From: an uncultured Clostridia bacterium
Lineage (GTDB): Bacteria; CAYTYR01; UBA6262
DNA length: 64,000 nucleotides
Direction of reading: 5' to 3'
NCBI GenBank assembly: GCA_964441745.1
Contig: CAYTYR010000009.1
Span: 1-64,000 of the forward strand
The notes beneath the pieces are model-generated. The model did no database searches and was not told the DNA's origin. It worked only from the letters and a program-made list of their open reading frames with translations. The position numbers and the translations under genes were made by a program. Below are positions 59,950 to 64,000 of this stretch, piece by piece. The first letter of the stretch is position 1. The number at the start of each line of letters is the position of its first letter.

Positions 59950-61404
59950 TTGGACCCAGAACAATCGCGAACGCCATTATTTGACACCGTCCTCGCGCAT
60001 GCTAAAAAGAGGATGGTTTCTTTTCATACGCCGGGCCATAAGAATGGTAAGAGCATTGACCAGCGTTTCCGCAATTTTGTGGGACGCAACATTTTTTATA
60101 TGGATGTCACGGTCTTTAACGAAGTAGATTCACTCCATGACCCTCACCATTGCATCAAGCAGGCTCAGAGCCTGGCGGCCAAGGCTTATGATGCGGACAG
60201 GGCGTTCTTTCTAATTAATGGCTCAACCGTAGGGAATCAGGCCATGATTCTGACCGCCTGCAACACTTTTGACGAGATCATCCTGCCGCGCAATACCCAT
60301 AAGTCAATTATCGGCGGCATTATCCTGGCCGGAGCCACTCCCCGTTATATTCAGCCGGTGATCGACCGCAATAACAATATAGTTTACAACGTATCGCCGG
60401 AACAAGTAGAAGACGCGATCAAGCGTTACCCTAAAGCCAAAGCAGTCATTATTACCAACCCGACCTATCACGGTATCTCTACCAACCTGGAAGGGATCGC
60501 GGAAGTAGTTCATAAGTACGATAAGATACTGCTGGTGGATGAGGCCCATGGACCGCATTTCAAGTTTTCGCCGCGGCTGCCGATCAGCGCCATTGATGCC
60601 GGCGCCGATATGTGCGTGCAAAGCACGCATAAGATACTTTCCGGGATGAGCCAGGGATCATTGTTATTGGTCAAGGGCAAACGTGTAGACCCGCATCGGG
60701 TCAAGAGAATCGTCTCAGTACTGCAAACTACCAGCCCCAGCTATTTCATCCTGGGTTCAATAGACCTGGCCCGGATGCAGATGGCCACCAAGGGCGAAGC
60801 AATACTGGATAAGCTCATTGATATGTGCGAAGAAGGCCGCCGGCAGATCAACAAGATCGAACATATTGCCTGCCTGAGGCAGGAAGACCTGCTGCCAGGA
60901 TTCCAGCTGGATCCGACCAAAATCACGGTAATGCTGGGACAATCCGGATTAAGCGGCTACGATGTTTCCACGCTTTTTAATGAAAAATACAACTTGCAGG
61001 TAGATTATGAAGATCTTTATAATATCATCGCCATCAGCGGCGTAGGGACGTCAAAACAGGATATCAAGCAGCTAGTTTTCGCGTTGCAGGATATTTGTGC
61101 CAAATACGCCAAGCAGAAAGTGATCAAAGCGCTGCCGCCTTTATCTTTTGCCACAGAAATGGTGATTAACCCGATGCAAGCCCTGGAAATGGGCATGAAA
61201 AGGGTACCCATAGAAAAAGCAGTTGGCAGGATCAGCGCGCACATTCTATCACCGTATCCACCAGGAATACCGGTGCTGATACCAGGAGAACGTATCACCC
61301 GTGAGGTTTGCGACTACCTGCAGGAATTAGTCAAAATGGGTATTCGCGTCAGCGGGCAGGAAGGCCATACGCTTAAAACTCTTAAAGTAGTACAGGAATC
61401 ATGA
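59950..61404 (+). CDS. Orn/Lys/Arg decarboxylase (fold-type I PLP), probably arginine decarboxylase
   Basis: FHTPGHK, NGST, DEAHG, QSTHK, TTSPSY and PYPPGIP motifs; polyamine context. Confidence 0.9.
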   Translation: MDPEQSRTPLFDTVLAHAKKRMVSFHTPGHKNGKSIDQRFRNFVGRNIFYMDVTVFNEVDSLHDPHHCIKQAQSLAAKAYDADRAFFLINGSTVGNQAMILTACNTFDEIILPRNTHKSIIGGIILAGATPRYIQPVIDRNNNIVYNVSPEQVEDAIKRYPKAKAVIITNPTYHGISTNLEGIAEVVHKYDKILLVDEAHGPHFKFSPRLPISAIDAGADMCVQSTHKILSGMSQGSLLLVKGKRVDPHRVKRIVSVLQTTSPSYFILGSIDLARMQMATKGEAILDKLIDMCEEGRRQINKIEHIACLRQEDLLPGFQLDPTKITVMLGQSGLSGYDVSTLFNEKYNLQVDYEDLYNIIAISGVGTSKQDIKQLVFALQDICAKYAKQKVIKALPPLSFATEMVINPMQALEMGMKRVPIEKAVGRISAHILSPYPPGIPVLIPGERITREVCDYLQELVKMGIRVSGQEGHTLKTLKVVQES

Positions 61405-61880
61405 CCAAAAAACGCAAAAAGAAAATAATCAGGCGGTTTCAAGCGACGCGATATCGCGAAACCTTTATCTTCAAAAATTTCATCTTTTTGGCTCTTTTGA
61501 CTTTTAGCGTCATTTTCCTGCTATATGGTCTGAAAAACTACCGGGAAATAGACAATTATGCCCTGGTTGGTTCAAAAGAAATAGCCGGCGATGTGACCGG
61601 GATGAGAGTAAGACTGCTGAATTCCAGCGGGGAAGCAGACCTGACCGAACTCTTGGCAACCAAGTTGAAGGAACAGGGGATCACACCGGTGATCGAAAAA
61701 ATACCCGGGCAGTATTCCCCAACGCCGACCATGGTCATTAACCGCTCCGGAGATTCCGAAAAAATCGCCAAACTGGCCAGCATTATCGGTTGTACTAATA
61801 TTGTGGCCAAAGTTGAACACAATGATATCGTTGATGCCGTTATTATTATCGGCAAAGACCTGCGCATCTTAAGAAAGTAA
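61401..61880 (+). CDS. LytR C-terminal domain membrane protein
   Basis: TM segment, then VRLLNSSG...LA..L and IIIGKD. Confidence 0.8.
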   Translation: MTKKRKKKIIRRFQATRYRETFIFKNFIFLALLTFSVIFLLYGLKNYREIDNYALVGSKEIAGDVTGMRVRLLNSSGEADLTELLATKLKEQGITPVIEKIPGQYSPTPTMVINRSGDSEKIAKLASIIGCTNIVAKVEHNDIVDAVIIIGKDLRILRK

Positions 61881-61899
61881 AAATTAAGGAGGAAGTATT

Positions 61900-62247
61900 A
61901 TGAACACAAAAGAATTAAGCACTTTCAAAGAATTGCTTTTGGCCAAGAAAGAAAGTATTTTAAAATCAATCAAAAACACTAAAGAAGAAGGCACGGACTA
62001 TACCACCACTGAAGTGGGAGATTCAGTAGATATAGCTTCCAATTCCTATGAACGCGAAGTTTTATTTGAATTGAGCGACAACGAAAGAAAACAACTGGCT
62101 GACATTGATATTGCCCTGAAAAAGATCGAAGACAAGGATTTCGGCACCTGCGATGACTGCGGCGGCAAGATCAGCCTAGAACGGCTGGAAGCAGTACCAA
62201 CAGCCACGCTCTGCATCAACTGCCAGACCAAGAAAGATTCAAAGTAA
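61900..62247 (+). CDS. DksA/TraR C4 zinc-finger protein
   Basis: DSVDIA, GTCDDCG...ERLEAVP...CINCQ. Confidence 0.92.
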   Translation: MNTKELSTFKELLLAKKESILKSIKNTKEEGTDYTTTEVGDSVDIASNSYEREVLFELSDNERKQLADIDIALKKIEDKDFGTCDDCGGKISLERLEAVPTATLCINCQTKKDSK

Positions 62248-62269
62248 CTCCCCTCTGAAGGGAGCGGTA

Positions 62270-63352
62270 ATGCCTAATATTCTCATCGTCAGCTTAGGGC
62301 TTATATTAATTGTTCTCCTGGCAGCTATGGTATTTTTACTCTATAAAGCCAGGAAACCAGCCGCCGACCAGTCTATTCCCTTGCTCCAGCAGCAACTCTC
62401 CCAAATTTCCGAGCAGCTCAATAACCAGATCAATACCATCTCTACCCAGGTCAACCAGCGGCTTTTTGAAAGCTCCAAGATCCTGCAGGAAACCAACCAA
62501 AGTATCGGTAACCGCCTTGATTCCACCGCCCAGATCATCAGCCGGGTAGATTCGAGCCTGGGCAAGCTTTATGAATCAAACCAGCAGATCTTCACGGTCG
62601 GCAAGGATATCTCCAAGCTGAGCGACCTGTTGCGGGCGCCTTCTTTCCGGGGCGGCATAGGGGAGCTGATGCTGGAAAATCTCTTGCATGACATTCTCCC
62701 GGTGCAGAATTATGAGCTGAAACATAAGTTCAAGAACGGCCAGCAGGTTGATGCCGTCATTTTGCTGGGAGATAAGCTGGTGCCGGTCGATTCCAAGTTT
62801 CCGTACGAGAATTTCAAGAAAGTCATGGAATGCGCATCCGAGCCGGAAAAGAACAGGTTTAAAAAGGATTTCTACCGTGATGTCAAGAATCATATAGATA
62901 AGATAGCTTCTTCCTACATTTTACCGGAAGAAGGGACCTTTGATTTCGCTTTAATGTATATTCCCGCTGAAAATGTTTATTATGAAACCATCATTAAAGA
63001 CGACGGACTGCCAGCTGCTAATGAAGACAAAACCATTTATAATTATGCCCGGCAAAAGAAAGTGGTGCCGGTCTCGCCCAATAGCTTTTTTGCCTATCTC
63101 CAATCGATCGTTCTCGGCTTAAAAGGACTGCAGGTTGAAAAGAATGCCCAGCAGATCATTATTTACCTTAACCACCTGAGAAATGATTTTCATAAGTTCA
63201 AGGATGATTTCCGCATCGTCGGCAGCCACTTGACCAACGCCCGTAATAAATTCGAGGAATCCGAGCGCCAGATGGAAAGATTCAGCGACCGGCTGGAAAA
63301 CGCCTCCCAACCCAAACAGCTTGATTCTCCACCCCCAGAAATAACTGAATAA
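62270..63352 (+). CDS. rmuC: DNA recombination protein RmuC
   Basis: RGGIGE, VPVDSKFP, GTFDFALMYIPAE and VSPNS motifs. Confidence 0.92.
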   Translation: MPNILIVSLGLILIVLLAAMVFLLYKARKPAADQSIPLLQQQLSQISEQLNNQINTISTQVNQRLFESSKILQETNQSIGNRLDSTAQIISRVDSSLGKLYESNQQIFTVGKDISKLSDLLRAPSFRGGIGELMLENLLHDILPVQNYELKHKFKNGQQVDAVILLGDKLVPVDSKFPYENFKKVMECASEPEKNRFKKDFYRDVKNHIDKIASSYILPEEGTFDFALMYIPAENVYYETIIKDDGLPAANEDKTIYNYARQKKVVPVSPNSFFAYLQSIVLGLKGLQVEKNAQQIIIYLNHLRNDFHKFKDDFRIVGSHLTNARNKFEESERQMERFSDRLENASQPKQLDSPPPEITE

Positions 63353-63393
63353 TTCTTGACTTTAAGTTAAATTATTCCTATAATTAGTTTAAT

Positions 63394-63630
63394 ATGTTTA
63401 TGCCTAAATTATTACCGCAAGACGAAAAACAAATCGACCAAAAATTCCGCCTGGTGGCAATGCAGGAACAGCAGGACGAGGAGAAACGGATAGTTAAGGA
63501 TTACTCGTTCGTCCTGGGCCTGATCATGCTGATCATCGGATTATTGATCTATACCATGAGTATTATTTTTGGCGGAGCGATGATGGCTATGGGATTGGCA
63601 GCCATAATCTATCGTTTCTTACCATGGTAG
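63394..63630 (+). CDS. small two-TM hypothetical protein
   Basis: ORF 9 nt after TTGACT-17bp-TATAAT (63356-63384). Confidence 0.6.
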   Translation: MFMPKLLPQDEKQIDQKFRLVAMQEQQDEEKRIVKDYSFVLGLIMLIIGLLIYTMSIIFGGAMMAMGLAAIIYRFLPW

Positions 63631-63637
63631 TTAGAAC

Positions 63638-63723
63638 GATTAACCAGATTACTTAATTGTATTTGCTCTAATCGGTGTAATCCCTGTCCGCCTCTGGAGG
63701 AGCATTCAGAAATCGGTGTAATC
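63638..63723. repeat. family C repeats with CCTG-TCCGCCTCTGGAGGA hairpin insert
   Basis: aatcggtgtaatc at 63670-63682 and 63711-63723; insert at 63683-63701. Confidence 0.7.
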
Positions 63724-63748
63724 ATTTTCAATTAAAAAGGAGCAAACA

Positions 63749-64000
63749 ATGCCTGAAGAGAAAAGAATAAGGATCATGATGGTTGATGATTCTTCTTTTA
63801 TGCTGTCCCTGATCACTGATATGCTCAAGGGGACAGAGTTTGAGATCGTCGGCCAATGCCAGGATGGCAGCCACGCTCTGGAGTTATATGACCGCACCAA
63901 GCCGGACCTGGTCCTGCTGGATGTAGTTTTACCTGAACAGACCGGCCCGGAGATACTGGATAAGATCCTGGATATGGATACCAATGCCAAAGTAATCATG
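63749..64000 (+). CDS. CheY-like response regulator receiver (truncated by window)
   Basis: AAGGAG SD; MPEEKRIRIMMVDDSSFM...KPDLVLLDVVLP. Confidence 0.88.
   Translation, partial: MPEEKRIRIMMVDDSSFMLSLITDMLKGTEFEIVGQCQDGSHALELYDRTKPDLVLLDVVLPEQTGPEILDKILDMDTNAKVIM

Noticed and set aside
556-63999. Minus-strand ORFs in the ORF track (e.g. 25904-26482, 58522-59280, 63706-63999)
   Set aside because: Nearly all are antisense shadows of well-supported + strand genes, and none has recognisable motifs.

Overview
A bacterial chromosomal segment in which every credible gene lies on the + strand. The organism is probably diderm, since it has a TonB-dependent receptor and a PorV/PorQ-like barrel. In order, the window holds: the pyrE 3' end, purM-purN, an HD-GYP sensor, purH, a dCMP deaminase, purB, purA, carA, two tandem carB paralogues and alaS; assorted housekeeping genes; a secreted glycoside-hydrolase-like/FN3/FlgD-Ig protein with a PorV-like partner; two M16 peptidases; a peptide ABC transporter whose five genes are split by intercalated genes; a tRNA nucleotidyltransferase and tRNA-Gly(CCC); PIN-PhoH; a cobalamin riboswitch with btuFCDB; a carboxy(nor)spermidine polyamine pathway; dksA-like, rmuC and a partial CheY-like gene. 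No transposase, integrase or CRISPR is visible. The most striking unexplained signal is non-coding. Many gene junctions carry degenerate 6/12-, 7-, 8- or 13-nt tandem arrays, often as inverted pairs and from several recurring families. Nested in them are 15-48 nt GC-rich hairpin elements with a CCTG/CAGG-type tetranucleotide foot, whose removal restores the host repeat in the clearest cases. Both classes also occur in frame inside housekeeping genes. Other points of interest are a duplicated tRNA 3' end, a structured 250-nt tRNA leader, a stand-alone GatE-type domain with a histone-like tail, and a 15-aa poly-Lys peptide. All family assignments come from recognising motifs by eye, not from database searches.
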